Source: Chlorokybus atmophyticus (taxonomy: Eukaryota > Plantae > Mesostigma and Chlorokybus algae). From it: a stretch of DNA of 64,000 nt. Below, one piece after another: positions 34,594 to 46,736 of this stretch. The stretch covers positions 393,116 through 457,115 of the forward strand of contig RHPI01003642.1 of the NCBI GenBank assembly GCA_009103225.1, given 5' to 3'. Both the position numbers and the translations under genes were made by a program. A model generated the notes under the pieces. It was given only the letters and a program-made list of their open reading frames with translations, was not told the DNA's origin and ran no database searches. How positions within the stretch are numbered: the stretch's first letter is position 1; each line of letters starts with the position of its first letter.

Positions 34594-37334
34594 TTACAAC
34601 TCAAGCTTTGCTTCCCCCACTCCCTGCATGCGGTGTTTCCGAACGAGGTGTCCTCGCACGTGAGACTGTATCATCGTTGCCGCATGTTCGCTCCGCACCC
34701 GCAACGCCTCCTTCTGCTCCTGCTCCTGTTGGATGCAGTACACACCATCAAGACTCATGCCATTGATGACATGGTGACATGGTTACCCTGCTGCTTGCCT
34801 GTTCTATGCGCTTGAGCTTGGTCTGCTTGCGGGCAAGGTGGCCCCTGATGCCGGACTGGATCTTGACGATCTGCTCTGCGTCGTGGGGAGTGAGGTCCTT
34901 CAGGCGATCAAGCTGATCAAGCTCACCGCGCATCTGAGCCACCTCCAGCCGAGCCATCTGTTGGAGAACGTATGCAAGTTACGGCGTAGACAGATTCCCT
35001 TCAATGGCTGTTGTGTCCCATATGTGCGTGCACACGCGCACACATCTTTAGGACAACGTTTCTTCGAGTTGTTGTTGCGTCACATGATTGCTGTGGATGC
35101 TCACGTACACACATGCATACACAAAGCACAGATATGCATGCAAGCGCACACACACTGTTTCCTTAAGCCTCCATGGATGCGCCCCCACACACACACGCAC
35201 ATGTACACCCACGCGTGGGCATGCGGACGTGCCCACAATGCTCACCTGTTCTCTGATCAACTCATTAATCTTAATGACCGACGCCTCGTCTTCAAGGGTG
35301 TACTCCTTCTTCTTCTCAAGCTTCTCCAGCTCCTTCTCCAGCTTGCGTATCGCCGCCAGCTCCTGCCACACGACCAAAAGCAAGTTGAATACCAATCCAC
35401 TGATTGACCACAGTCACAGCACAAACCTCCCTTCACTACCATGTTACCAATCAACAGTACGACACACCTTTGGCGCAAGGCGTGATACGAGCTCCGGCTC
35501 GATGCTGCTCCGAGTGCTCTTCTTCGCGGCCAGCTCCTTGCGCGTGAGGTAGCCCCGCGCCCTAGCCTGGATCTTGACTATCCCCTTGGCGTCGTACTCT
35601 GGTGCGGTGCCAGCTGTACCTGGCGCTTGAGCAGCCTGCAGATAGCAGTAGCAAACCAACATGTCACTGCGTAGGCTAGAGAGTGATGCAAGTACAACTC
35701 CCACACGCGATGTGTCTCACTCGAAAGGGCATGCATACACCCAGGCGTACGCACAGTCACACGCACACGCGCACGCGCACGTACACGTACATGTACACTG
35801 ACCTCAGCTTGCTTGGCGGCATCGTTGTCCGCAGCAGCACGCGCTTCCGCTTCCGCTTGAGCCAGCGAGCGTGGCGATGCCGCGGCCGTCCTCAGCTCGG
35901 CTTCCGTTTCCGTTCGCAGCCTCATCTCCTCCGCTTCCGCCTCGAGCTCGGCTTCAAGCTTGGCGTCCACCTCGCGCACCTCCTCCACAATCATAGTTGT
36001 CGACGTTGTGGTTGTCGTCGTTGTGGTTGTTGTCGTTGACATTGCGGATTCCATCTGTAAAGGGAGGAAAGAAGGCTCAGCAAGAGTGCAGAGTTTGCAC
36101 AACTGCTGTCCAACAGTTGTGAGCGTTTACCGTTACGGTGCTGTGGGAGCTTGTTGTGGGCACACTTGTCTCTTGCATTAGTTCGATTGGAGTTGCTGGT
36201 TTAGAGCTGTTGAGTGTTGCAGTCTCAACAGCCGCGGGCTTGACTGCGGCTCTGACTTCTGCACAAGAAAGTGATGTTCATTCCAGTTCAGTACTAAGCC
36301 TGGTAACATGTTGCGCGAATGCTCATGTGACAGACACACGCAAATACCTGGTTGGGAGGCTAAGTCACTGATCAAGCTGTCAAGCACGGCGTCCACCACA
36401 GATGCATCGTCCGCCACAATCTGCGCAGCTCTCCTGGGCATCAGCTGCTTGCTCGCCAGCTGGCGCCGCAGCTGCCGGCCGCGCTCGTGCGACTGAATGC
36501 GCACCGCTGCCGTGTGTTTCCTCTCTTCGAATGCTCGCTCTGTATACAAACATCGAAACATCAGTGAATGCTTTTAGCCTGCGCATTACACACACGTGCA
36601 CACACGCACACGCGCGCGCAAGCTCGTGTACACGCACATTCACGTACATGCACACACTTACGGTTACATACACACACAAGCGAGCGCACGCATGAACTCG
36701 CACATGCACATGTGCACGTCGTCCCACTTACTGTTGGCCAGCTGCTCTATCTGCTCGTGTCCACGGCACGTCACGAGCACGTTGAGTATATGTGCGACAG
36801 CGAGGCCTATTTCTCGGTCGAGTCGCGCGTCGTCGGCCTCGCGACGGTCGCGCTCGGCCTGCTCCCTCTCCTCCTGCGCGGGCGTGCGCGCGTCCTGCAG
36901 CTCCCTGATCAGCTCCGCACGCCGGCGCTTGCCCTCGTACATGCTGTTCTGAACCGCCCGGCCCCTCAACAACCGCTGGGAAATAAACACACAACAAGAG
37001 ATCAGTGAATAGTCTTACACATCACGCACACGCGCCCACACACTTACACACGCACACGCACACGCACACGCACACGCACACTTTGTACACACACTCACAA
37101 GAGCACACGCGCGTGTGCGCCCACATACACATGTACAGATGTGATTGGCACCTGGAGGAGTATGACGGCCTGCGACCGTCTGATATCCGCGGTGAGGTCC
37201 GGCAGCGACGGCGTCTGAGGGCGCTCCGTCACGGCGAAGGCGCCCTTGCGTGCGCTCGCGTTGGCGGACGCGGTCGTGGTCGGTGCCGGCCAGCAGTCGC
37301 CGTAGCCGCGGCCGCCGATGTCTTTGGAGGTCTG

Positions 37335-37375
<41 letters not shown>

Positions 37376-40329
37376 GTGTAGCACAACACGAGAGAAGTGA
37401 TGTTACGTTGCCTTGCCCCCCAGCAACACTGTGTTGCTGCGTGACACACACGCGCCCATGCACACACGTGTGCGCACGAAGGCATGCACACAAGCATATA
37501 CGCACATGCGCGCGTATGCAGGCATGGCATGCCTGAGGACATATACACACGCACAAACGAGCGCGCACACATACACACGCACACGTGCTGGCGCGCATGC
37601 ATGCAATTGCCTGCAGCAGGTGGTCTATATGGTCGAGGTTTGTGGTAACAGCATTGCGTGCTCGGGCCGCCGCGGTCCTGTCATGCGTGAGCTCCGGGCG
37701 CTTGGCATTCGCCACATACGTGCACGGGGGGATGGTCTCTTCCAAGTTTACCAGCGCTGCATGACCAACGAGAGTCAGCGCCACAGTCATCCAACATTCT
37801 GGTTAACACTTACAACTCACCTCTCAAGCCCACGGGTTCGTACTGCTGCGGGTCCATCACGGGTCGCTCGGGCAGGCGGTCGGTGAAACGGCCCGTGCGC
37901 GTGGCGGGCGCGTACACGGAGCTGCCGTAGTCGGAGTACTCCGACACAATGTCCCTCCCAGTCTTGCCCTGAGCATGTACACACCGTCAGACACGCAAGC
38001 ATGTGCACATGTGATACAAGTGCACACGTGCAAGAAAGCACACACATGTTCTCTTGCACAGGCACAAGCGCGTGCGCGCACACAGGCGTGTGCACTCCCA
38101 CGGGTTGGTGCACATACAAGCATGCGCACGCACGCACACATACACACCTCCACGAGTGACTGCCTGTGCATCGACAGCTTACGCAGCGCCTGTATGCGCC
38201 TCCGCTGGATCGCCGCCAGCACCCGATCCCGCTGCGACGCTTTCGCCTATCACCAACAAACAGATTCAATCAACTCCATCCTTAACCCCATCAATGCTTC
38301 CCACTACTCTACCTGCATGACGCTCTGTATGCGCTCCTGCAGCGCTGCGGCCTCGTTGGCCGCCCGCTCCTCCATCTGCCTCTCCCGCTCCCGCAGCTTC
38401 TCCTCCTGCTCGCGCACGATCTCCGCCTCGCGCTCCGCCAGCTCCTTGCGCTCCCACCACTCCAGCATGCGCTTGCGGACGTGCATCTGTGATGTTGAGG
38501 AGTGAATTGCGTGCACGTATTGTTGCGGGTGTGGACAATTGGTGGGTGAGATGGGATACCTGAGATAGGTCGTTGATGGGTGGGAGAGATGCCTCGAAGG
38601 CCGCCTTCTCACGCAGCTTCTCCACAAGATGAACCTCAGGTAGCTTCCCAGGTAGACCTTGACCTGTGACATAACAAAACCACCTCATTACACTTCTTAC
38701 GCACACGACTCTGCTACACCCAACCCCACCCACACTCTCTCTCACCCCATTTGAGCGCCTCCAGGTTCAGTATCTCCGGTCTCGCCGCCCCTTCCCGTAC
38801 AAAGTATTCCGGCGTGTAGGGGTCCGTCTGCGCGTCGCTCTCTCGGTAGTCCGTCTGCGTCCCCTGCGTCACGGGACCCCAGGGGATCTGGTCGCGGGGA
38901 CCGCCGGGCGTGCGGGCTCGGCTGGAAGACTCGGGGAGAGGTTGAGACTCCAGCTGCTGTCTTAGGGAGGCCAACCTGGATGAGGGGTGGGCAAAGTGTG
39001 TGATGTGGGGTGGGGTGGGGTGGGGTGGGGAGGGGGGAGGAGTGTGGGTGGGATGTGTACTGTACCCTGGGACTGTGAAGGAGCTGGGGGGGAGGAGGGG
39101 CCGTTTTATGTACATGGCTTGTTGGGAGCCGGACACCTGGAAGGAGGTGGGTTCGTCTAATATGTACTATGAGCGCGTGCGCGTGTTGCAATGGAGTGTG
39201 GCTTACCATGTGAGTGGTGCTTTTGTGTGCCAAGTCTGCTGGCAAGGCTTGCGCTGGATGAAACTCCCGTGGGACGAATGCCGGCACACGGTCGTTGTTG
39301 CGAAACCTGCCCCACAAGTTTGTGCGTAAGTTGTGGAGTGTGAACATCTGCAAGCTCAACCTACCAAAAGCAACTCTTTTGCTTACCTGAACATCTTTGC
39401 CGGATGTGTGGGCAGCTCAGAGAACATGTTGCGGAAGTCCGGGACGCGCTCCTGCAAGCAGTCAACCACTCAGAGTCCAAAGTCTAAGGACTGCTTGCAA
39501 AATCCGCAATGCAACAAACTGCTAACGATAGTGATAGAGAGTTGTGTCATGTCCTCTCACCATGACGTAGGCCCCTCCCCTAGATTGCTCCTTGTAAAAA
39601 TCGCGTGCATCGGAGACCGTGAAGTCGGGGTCTGTGACGGGTACAGTAAATCAATCAACGGAGGACTTGTTGGTTTGTCAGATCATGTGGTCAGCATTGC
39701 GTGGTTTATGTTAAGCATATTCACACGGGGTCTCGTTCAACCGTCCGTACTTGGATGCGACCGTCATTTTATGTTTTTATGCACATGCCCTTTGCAGTGG
39801 TCAACAGACGACATTGTAGTGCCTTTTTTAGCGACAAATCAATGCGAAAGTGCATAAGCTGTGGGACAGGTATGCATCTTGTTCATATTTGCAATGCGTG
39901 CTTGCGCGCGTGTGTGTAAACACAAGTGCGTGGCTGGGTGCGTATCTGTGTATATGCGTTGGTGTGCACATGCGCAAGCGTGCATGCGTGCAAGAGTGCC
40001 TGTCTTTTGCTAGTGTGGGTACATGCGTGTGCGCGCGCCCGTGCCTAAGCTTTTGTGCGTACACACGTGTGCGCACACAGGTGTATGCTTGTAAGCGCAC
40101 GGGTGTGTACTGGGTAGGCAGCTGCCTGCGTATACACCTGTATACTTGTGTGTAAGCGCACGCGTGTGTATGTAAATGTGTGTGGACACGTATGCCTGTG
40201 TGTGCTTGTGCTCTTGTGTGTTTGTACACCCAGTGTATAGAAGCCAACAGCCAGCCCGCGTTGCAAGCACGTGGCTTTGCGCGTACCATAAAGGGCGTCA
40301 TACGCCCGGCTGGGCTGCGTCCTAACCAT
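34594..40329 (-). CDS. CFAP91: Cilia- and flagella-associated protein 91 (AAT-1/MAATS1 family) with a multi-IQ C-terminal extension
   Basis: MVRTQPSRAYDALY|DPDFTVSDARD..|ERVPDFRNMFSELPTHP, TQTDYRESDAQTDPYTPEY..PEILNLEALKW|GLPG..AFEASLPPIND, RDIVSEYSDYGSSVYAP and LQ|RLLRGRAVQNSMYEGKRRRAELIREL match the CFAP91 consensus. Further IQ motifs: VRIQSHERGRQLRR, VKIQARARGYLTRK, VKIQSGIRGHLARK, TMIQSHVRGHLVRK. Stop TAA at 34594. Confidence 0.85.
37030..37372. repeat. Intronic microsatellites (CACACG)n and (GA)n within CFAP91
   Basis: cacacgcacacgcacacg at about 37050-37081; (ga)n at 37338-37372. Confidence 0.9.
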
Positions 40330-40690
40330 GGCAGCCCTTTCTCCTACAAGCAATATCCCCAATCAACTAGACCCCTTCAGGCTTCTCACCCAAGTCCTCC
40401 AACCCTAAAGCCAGTGGCCTGCCCTAGCTGACATCCTCCGTGGCGACCCGTCATCCAGCCCAGGTGCAAGAAAATCCGTACACCTCATATGTGCACGCAT
40501 CACAGCATACACTGAAGGCTTATGACTTCTCTTACGAGCACCATGCTAAGAACAACAGCGACGACGACGAGGACGCGGACGACGACGCCGCCGGCCCGGT
40601 CAGCCCAGGAAGCTGGAAATAGGGCAGCACGTGCACGTGGAAAGGCTCGGAAGTTTTGGGGGGTTGTTTTACGGAAGTTGTGCAAGAAAA

Positions 40691-40705
40691 TTAGGGTTAG
40701 GGTTT
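40691..40705. promoter_or_regulatory. Telo-box-like element (TTAGGGTTAGGGTTT) in the CFAP91/BAF60 bidirectional promoter
   Basis: Reverse complement is AAACCCTAACCCTAA, 46 bp upstream of the BAF60 ATG. Telo-boxes are known plant promoter elements. Confidence 0.45.
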
Positions 40706-40750
40706 GTTGAAGCAGAGGGCAATTTGGCGGGAAGGAGGAGGTTGGCGGGG

Positions 40751-43506
40751 ATGTGGCCAGCCGCAGGGGGAGGCGGCGGGGGCGTTGGGGGCAGCGCTGG
40801 TGGTGGCAGCGGACCTGGACGGCCTCCAACCACGCAGACACCGCCACCGCCGCAGCTGCTGCAGGGTCAGGCAGTCAAGCTGCCTGCTGCTACGCAGAGT
40901 TTTGGGACGACTACTACGGCAGCAGTTTCAAGCGCTGGTGCGCCAGGAGGCCAGAGCTATGGACCGTGGACAGCGTTTGAACGTCTGGGAAGCTTGTCCA
41001 CCGCGGCTCGGCCTTCTACGCCTGTAAATGCCGTCTTCTTGGCCGCGTGACACTGAGCGTGCACCAGTCGTCATACGCAACTGTGGCCTCCTGCACCGCC
41101 TATTGAACATTTATGTTGAATAGGTTGCGTGCCGTGTATGGGCCAATCCGCGGACAACTATGGCACCGTGTGTACAAATCTGTGCTACAAGCAGGGCTGT
41201 CAGCATGCTTGCGTGCCCTGATCTCGTCCTGTCAGCAAGCATGCAGACAGTCTTGACTTTCTTTGCAGCCTTAGATCAATGCCGCTTGGCGAATGCATGT
41301 GACACAGTTTGCATGCTTGCGTATACATTGAATTACCAAGATGGTACGGCAGGCAAGCTAGCAGCTTCCATAACCATCAGGCCACCTGCTGATGACTTGC
41401 TGTTTGCCTCTGTTCGTTGTGAGTGTGCAGTTGTCGAATGGTTGTCCACCTGCATGTGCTGAAAGCTTAAGCATGCCGCGGAACATGTCAACTGACTGGA
41501 CGCAGTCTGTACCGCATGGCCGCAAGGGACTCAAAGGGCTAAGTGAACTGTGCCACGCAGGGCACGCCATCGACAAGCCAGTACCTGCAGTACAACAAGC
41601 CTGGCCAGGGTAGCAGCGCTGTGCGTCCCAGTGGTCTGTCCCCATACACAGCCAGCACGCAAACGCCGTTGGTTCAGCGGATACCCAACCCAACTGTAGG
41701 GGGGCCTACCCCAGCTCGGCCGCAAGGCTCCATGTTGTACACACCAACACCCTCAAGCCAGCCGAGGCCAGCTGCGGGCTTACAGATGCCCTCATCGTCA
41801 ACACCAGCTGCTGTTCAACGCCCAGCTGTCGCAGGCACCTTCCCGAGCATTGGTCAAGGCGCTGTGTTTGGCACTCAACAGCTGACAGCTGCTGCAAGGT
41901 AAAAAGTCACATGCCTGCGTGCAGCCTAAAGTGAGAGCTGCCTGCTGCTCTGCATGTGCACGCTGCAATCGTCGTCAATGCATGCGGCCATATCCTCACT
42001 CAGGAACAAGAAGTTCAAGGCCACGTTTCAGCCGCCCCCCCAAGCGCTTCCTTCGCAGGGACCTGCACCAGCGCTGCCGTTCAAAGCAGAGGCAACGCCT
42101 GCCAAGAAGCGCGTCGTTAAGAGAAAGCAGGTGGACAGCAAGCTCATACCCGAACGCATTGCAGCTCTGCTGCCAGAGTCGCGCATCTATACGCAGCTGC
42201 TAGAGTTGGAGAAGCAAATTGATGACACGTTGACACGGAAGAAGCTGGAGATACAGGAAGCACTGCACAAGCCGGTCCGGGTACCAAAGATACTCCGTTT
42301 GTACATATTCAACACGCACGCGAATCAGGTGGGTAGTGTCTCATCGCTGTCGTAATGCCTAGGACAGTAGTTTGGCGCTGATGTGGTGTGCGCTTTGCAG
42401 ACACCTCGCCCAAGCACAGCCATTGCACCAGAGCCCATCCCGAGCTGGACTCTAAGGATAGTTGGGCGTATCCTTGAAGATGGTGGCAGTGGGGAGGATG
42501 AAAAGTCAGTAGTGCTAGATGGCAGCGGGCCCAGGCTGTCACAATTTTTCAGGAAGGTCACTGTTGAGCTCGACCCGGCTCAGTATCCAGGAAGCAACAT
42601 TATACAATGGGACAGCTCGAGAGCAACCAGCCAAACAGACGGATTCGAGATCAAGCGGCGCGGCAGCAAGGAGTTTACTGCCAAGATTAGCATTGAGATG
42701 TTGTACACTCCGCCTCGCTTCAAGTTGTCGCCTCAGCTGTCTGCTTTGTTGGGTCTAGAGGTTGACACGCGGTCTCGGATCATCTTTGCAATCTGGGAAT
42801 ACATTAAGAAGAACAGTTTGCAGGATGCAACGGATCCAACGCTTGTCAACTGCGATGCGCATCTGCAGGTACGTCCTGTATGTATGTGAATTGGGTTCCA
42901 GACTTGCCGCAGTTATACTCAATGTGCTAATGTCAGCATGTTTGGACAGCATCTGTTCGGTACGAAACAGACGAAGTTTGTTGACATTGCAAAAGCTTTA
43001 GAAAGACATCTCAGTTCACCCGATCCCATCATTATCGAGTACCCAATCAGGCTCACAGGGCCGAGTCCAGTTGCCGACATCTGCTACGACATCACAGTGG
43101 ATGCGCCTTTAGGCCTTGAGAAGGAGATGAACGCATTCCTTGCCGGCCTTGGTCATAACAAGGAGATCGAACTTCACGACGAGCGGGTGGCTCTGGCATT
43201 GAAGAAGATCCAGGAGCACAAACGCAGGCGGGCCTTCTTCCTTGGGTTCAGTCATTCGCCAGTGGACTTCATTAACGGCCTGGTTGTCTCTCAAACACGC
43301 GATCTGCAAGTAGCCAAGGGCGAAACCGCACGCAATGCTGAGCGAGAAAGAAAGTCTTCCTACTACAGCCAGCCATGGTACGCTGGCTTTGCATTGAGTG
43401 CATTGGTTCGCTTTACTCACATGTACTATCTGGCAGGGTGGAGGATGCGGTTGTGCGCTACCTTCATCGACGCATGGCTGGAGCACCATCCGCTAATGGC
43501 AAATGA
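40751..43506 (+). CDS. BAF60: SWI/SNF complex subunit BAF60/SMARCD/SWP73 (SWIB domain)
   Basis: IPERIAALLPESRIYTQLLELEKQIDDTLTRKKLEIQEAL..LRLYIFNTHANQ, SWTLRIVGRILED, LSQFFRKVTVELD, IIQWD..TDGFEIKRRG, FKLSPQLSALLGLEVDTRSRIIFAIWEYIKKNSLQD, HKRRRAFFLGFSHSPVDFINGLVVSQTRDL and YYSQPW|VEDAVVRYL..GK*TGA. Confidence 0.95.
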
Positions 43507-44124
43507 GGGCCGTATTGCAGCTAGAGTGCATGCTATCATGTCGCAGTTTGGCACACCATGAGACAGCTCAGCGCTGTACTGCGATGTGCATATTGCTTCC
43601 TGTGCCTGCCTGCCGCCTTGTCAGATACTGCCTCATTAGCTGCAGTCACAAGACAGAATGCCAGCAGCTCCGCCGCAAAGCGAAGCACCAGTATGTTGGT
43701 ATGCTGCATGTTGCTGTTCTGGTAGCTCACAGCAGTGCATTGCAACTCTCAAGGCAGGCGTTGCCTGAACACCATCATCGCTGGAAATCAGTGCCAAGGC
43801 ACACTGCATGCAGTGCAGCACATGCGACACTACTGGAGTCTAGCTTGGACAACTAGGTCATTGCTGACGATGCGGACTTGTGCATGGCTAGTGCGTGGAT
43901 GTCAGCCTGACATGCAACTGTTGCGTTGTGTACAATAATCAATTGCATGAATGTCAATGCCCTAGTCATTCAAGTACACACTGGCGCTTTCTGTATGCAA
44001 TCACTTGTTTGAATTGATGGACACAGCAGCAAATACGGTCGTATTTTTGCACAATCAGAAGTAAGTTCAGTCCAACCGTTCGTGCATAAATGCAACTCGC
44101 ATCACTGGCATCTGTGCAAGCTCC

Positions 44125-45570
44125 TCAAACCGCGGGACAGACATGTAGCCCAAATACTTGCTGGAAAGCCTGCAACAGATGGTCCCTCATGTGTGTGACA
44201 AGGTACTCATTGCAAACCTCCTGTGAAAGGCTATCCGCAGGGGCGTACGGGTCATCTTGACTGATATACCGCTCTGCAATGGTCCTCACTCTATCAAGCC
44301 CTAACATGTTGGCCACGCTGTCAACCGATTTATCCGCAATGCCACACGGCACGATGTGTTGGAACGGCTCCAGATCTGGGGCAACATTCATGGCCATCCC
44401 ATGGTACGTGATCCACCGCGTTGCACGCACTCCTATCGCCACGAGCTTCTTGCCATCTGTGACACAGGTGAGCGCACCTGTTAATTCAGAGTCCTTCATG
44501 CTATGCCGTATAATGTTTGTGACAGTAAAGGGAGGGGAGGGGCCCACTTACCTGCCCACACGCCCGTCAACCCATCAATGCGCTCCGCATGGATGCCCAC
44601 TCCATTCGCAAGTGCCACAATGGCTACCTCCTCAAGCTGTCGCAGATACCAGTGCAGGTCTTGCGTGTGGTTCACGAGGTCAAAGATGGGGTACACCACA
44701 ATCTGCACAGTTGAAGTCATGTCCGTGTTGGTGTGTGTGCAACTACATTTCACAAAGGAGTGTACGTCACCACATGGCATTGGGTGTGCTTTCATGCAGA
44801 CCTGACCAGGCCCATGGTACGTGACTTCTCCCCCGCGCTCGGTGCGATGCAGCTCGTGAGGGGGATTGTTGATGTCGAAGCGCAGGTTCTGCTCGGTGCT
44901 GCCGGCTCCCAGAGTGTACACCGGCCGGTGCTGAAGCATCAGCAGCACATCTGGTAATGCATTCGTGCCCTGACGGATGCAAAAGGCAGCATGCATGTCA
45001 TTTGCCGAGCAACAAAGTTATAGCACAATGCGCGAGGTTTCAACGCAACAACTGCGGAATAAGCAGTACAAACCTGCAGCTTGGCTTCAACGCGCTCTGC
45101 GACGAGGGCCTTCTGCCACTCCCAAGCTTTCACGTATGGCACCAGTTGGTCGTGGTAGTCGCGCAGCACGCACTGACGGGATGCAACCACCTGTGGAAAG
45201 AAGTTCGCAGGTATTGAGTCGTCCGTCACAGTTGCACACTCTGGTTGTAAACTAGGAAAACTCACATTGTCCATTCGCAGGTGTTGCTTAGCGCTGCCAC
45301 TTTAGGCTACTACTGCATGCATTGATTGATGTTGCACACATGAAAGGCTGGGGCGATGCTGTCCTGGCAGTTGCACTAGTTGCATCAGACCTGCTGTGCG
45401 CTGGTTAAGGAGGAGGCCACAACCACCGGCCGATGCCTGCGTGCTGCCGCAGGCCGCCACCTGCTTCCCCTCCCCCTTGCGGCTTCCTCGCCACCCGTCG
45501 CCGAGGTCCAGGCAGAGGAGGAAGACAGTGACGGTGACAGCGGCAGAACCAGTGACCTCCCGTGCAGCAT
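44125..45570 (-). CDS. LIP2: Plastid octanoyltransferase (lipoate-protein ligase B, LIP2p)
   Basis: Ser/Arg/Ala-rich transit peptide [21 protein letters not shown].., then [45 protein letters not shown]|[16 protein letters not shown]|[25 protein letters not shown] and FQHIVPCGI. Confidence 0.93.
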
Positions 45571-45668
45571 CGCCTCCCGCCTGGACCCAACCCCGCCTTA
45601 CCCCGCCACCTCCGCCGCCCACGCCCAAACAACCACTGGTGGGGCACAGTGGCTCAGCGATTATAGCC

Positions 45669-46736
45669 ATGGCGTGCGCATGCTTGGCGGGGGTGAAGGT
45701 GCCGGCGCCAGCAGGGGCCAGGCCAGGCCAGGCTAGGGGGGCGTGCCGTGCTCGGCCTGGTCCTGGCCTGGTCTCTTGCCAACAGCAGCAGCAGCAGCAG
45801 CAGCAGCAGGCCAGTGTTGGCCGCCGCTCTGCGCTGGTGGCGGCGGCCGTCACGCTGCTGGCATCTTCACCCGGGCAGGCCCTCGCTGCTAAGAACCCTG
45901 TGGAGGACAACGCCGGCAAGGAGCTCATCCAGGGTAAGACAGTGACACTGTGTGCAAAGAGAGCCATTGCTACAGCATTGCCCCTCGAGCAAAGACGCAG
46001 CTTGCCGTGATGCTTATGCAGATCATGTCATTGGTGTGTTTAGTCATCACTGTCGTTGTAGTTAACGGCATCCAGCAAAGTTCTAGTGGTGCATCGCTTT
46101 CATGCAGAAATGCAAGAAGCATGCATGCATGCAAACATGCATGCATGCTTCCTGTATGCTCAAATGAGTCAGTCAGGTGACGTTCAGTGAGTCCAACACG
46201 TATTCACATGCACTTGCGGCAACCACAAGCACACATAAAAACGCACACACACGCATGCAAGCGAGTACATAAGCAGGGTTGTTGATGCCAGTCCGCGACT
46301 TGCAAGCAGTCTCACATCTCAGAGGTTTGCTTGTTGAATTTCCTGCAGGGATGCTAGAGCGCTCGAAAGCCAACAAAGAAAAGTATGACAAAGAGGTGAG
46401 TCGACGAGCGTATCACTGAACAGTTCAACTTGGATCAGCTCATGCTCGTGCTTGCGTGTGTGCGACCAGCAATGAGATTCTTAACCCAAGGATGTGATTG
46501 TGTAGAGGCTTGACTCGTTTTACCGGCGCAACTACACGGACTACTTTGACTTTGCAACCAGGGTAAGCTACTCGCATGATGTGCACAATCGAGTAACAAG
46601 CAAGCCTTGTTATTCGTGTGACTTGAAGTCACAGATTACCTTATCAAAGGCAAATTTGCAGGGGAGGAAAGAAGGTGAAGGCTCTGCCAGTCAAGACGCC
46701 ATGCTCAAGTGGCTGAATGCAAACAGAGGGAAGTGA
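45669..46736 (+). CDS. PsaN-like thylakoid lumen protein (AT1G49975-type paralog)
   Basis: Transit peptide with polyQ, twin-Arg signal GRRSALVAAAVTLLASSPGQALA, then AKNPVEDNAGKELIQG|MLERSKANKEKYDKE|RLDSFYRRNYTDYFDFATR|GRKEGEGSASQDAMLKWLNANRGK*TGA. LERSKANKxxxDKERL is shared with PsaN; the YxRNYxDYFxF..xxWLxAN tail matches the divergent PsaN-like family as I recall it. Confidence 0.75.

Noticed and set aside
40440-40710. Short acidic or Thr-rich ORFs in the CFAP91/BAF60 spacer
   Set aside because: Frames of a (GAC)n-type low-complexity tract in a promoter/5'UTR; no homology or splice support.
42468-42476. GTATCCTT U12-type donor look-alike in BAF60
   Set aside because: Falls inside a continuous conserved exon (VGRILED); no intron is needed.
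46116-46151. 16-bp perfect hairpin in a PsaN-like intron
   Set aside because: Built almost entirely from the self-complementary (ATGC)n microsatellite that is common throughout this sequence.
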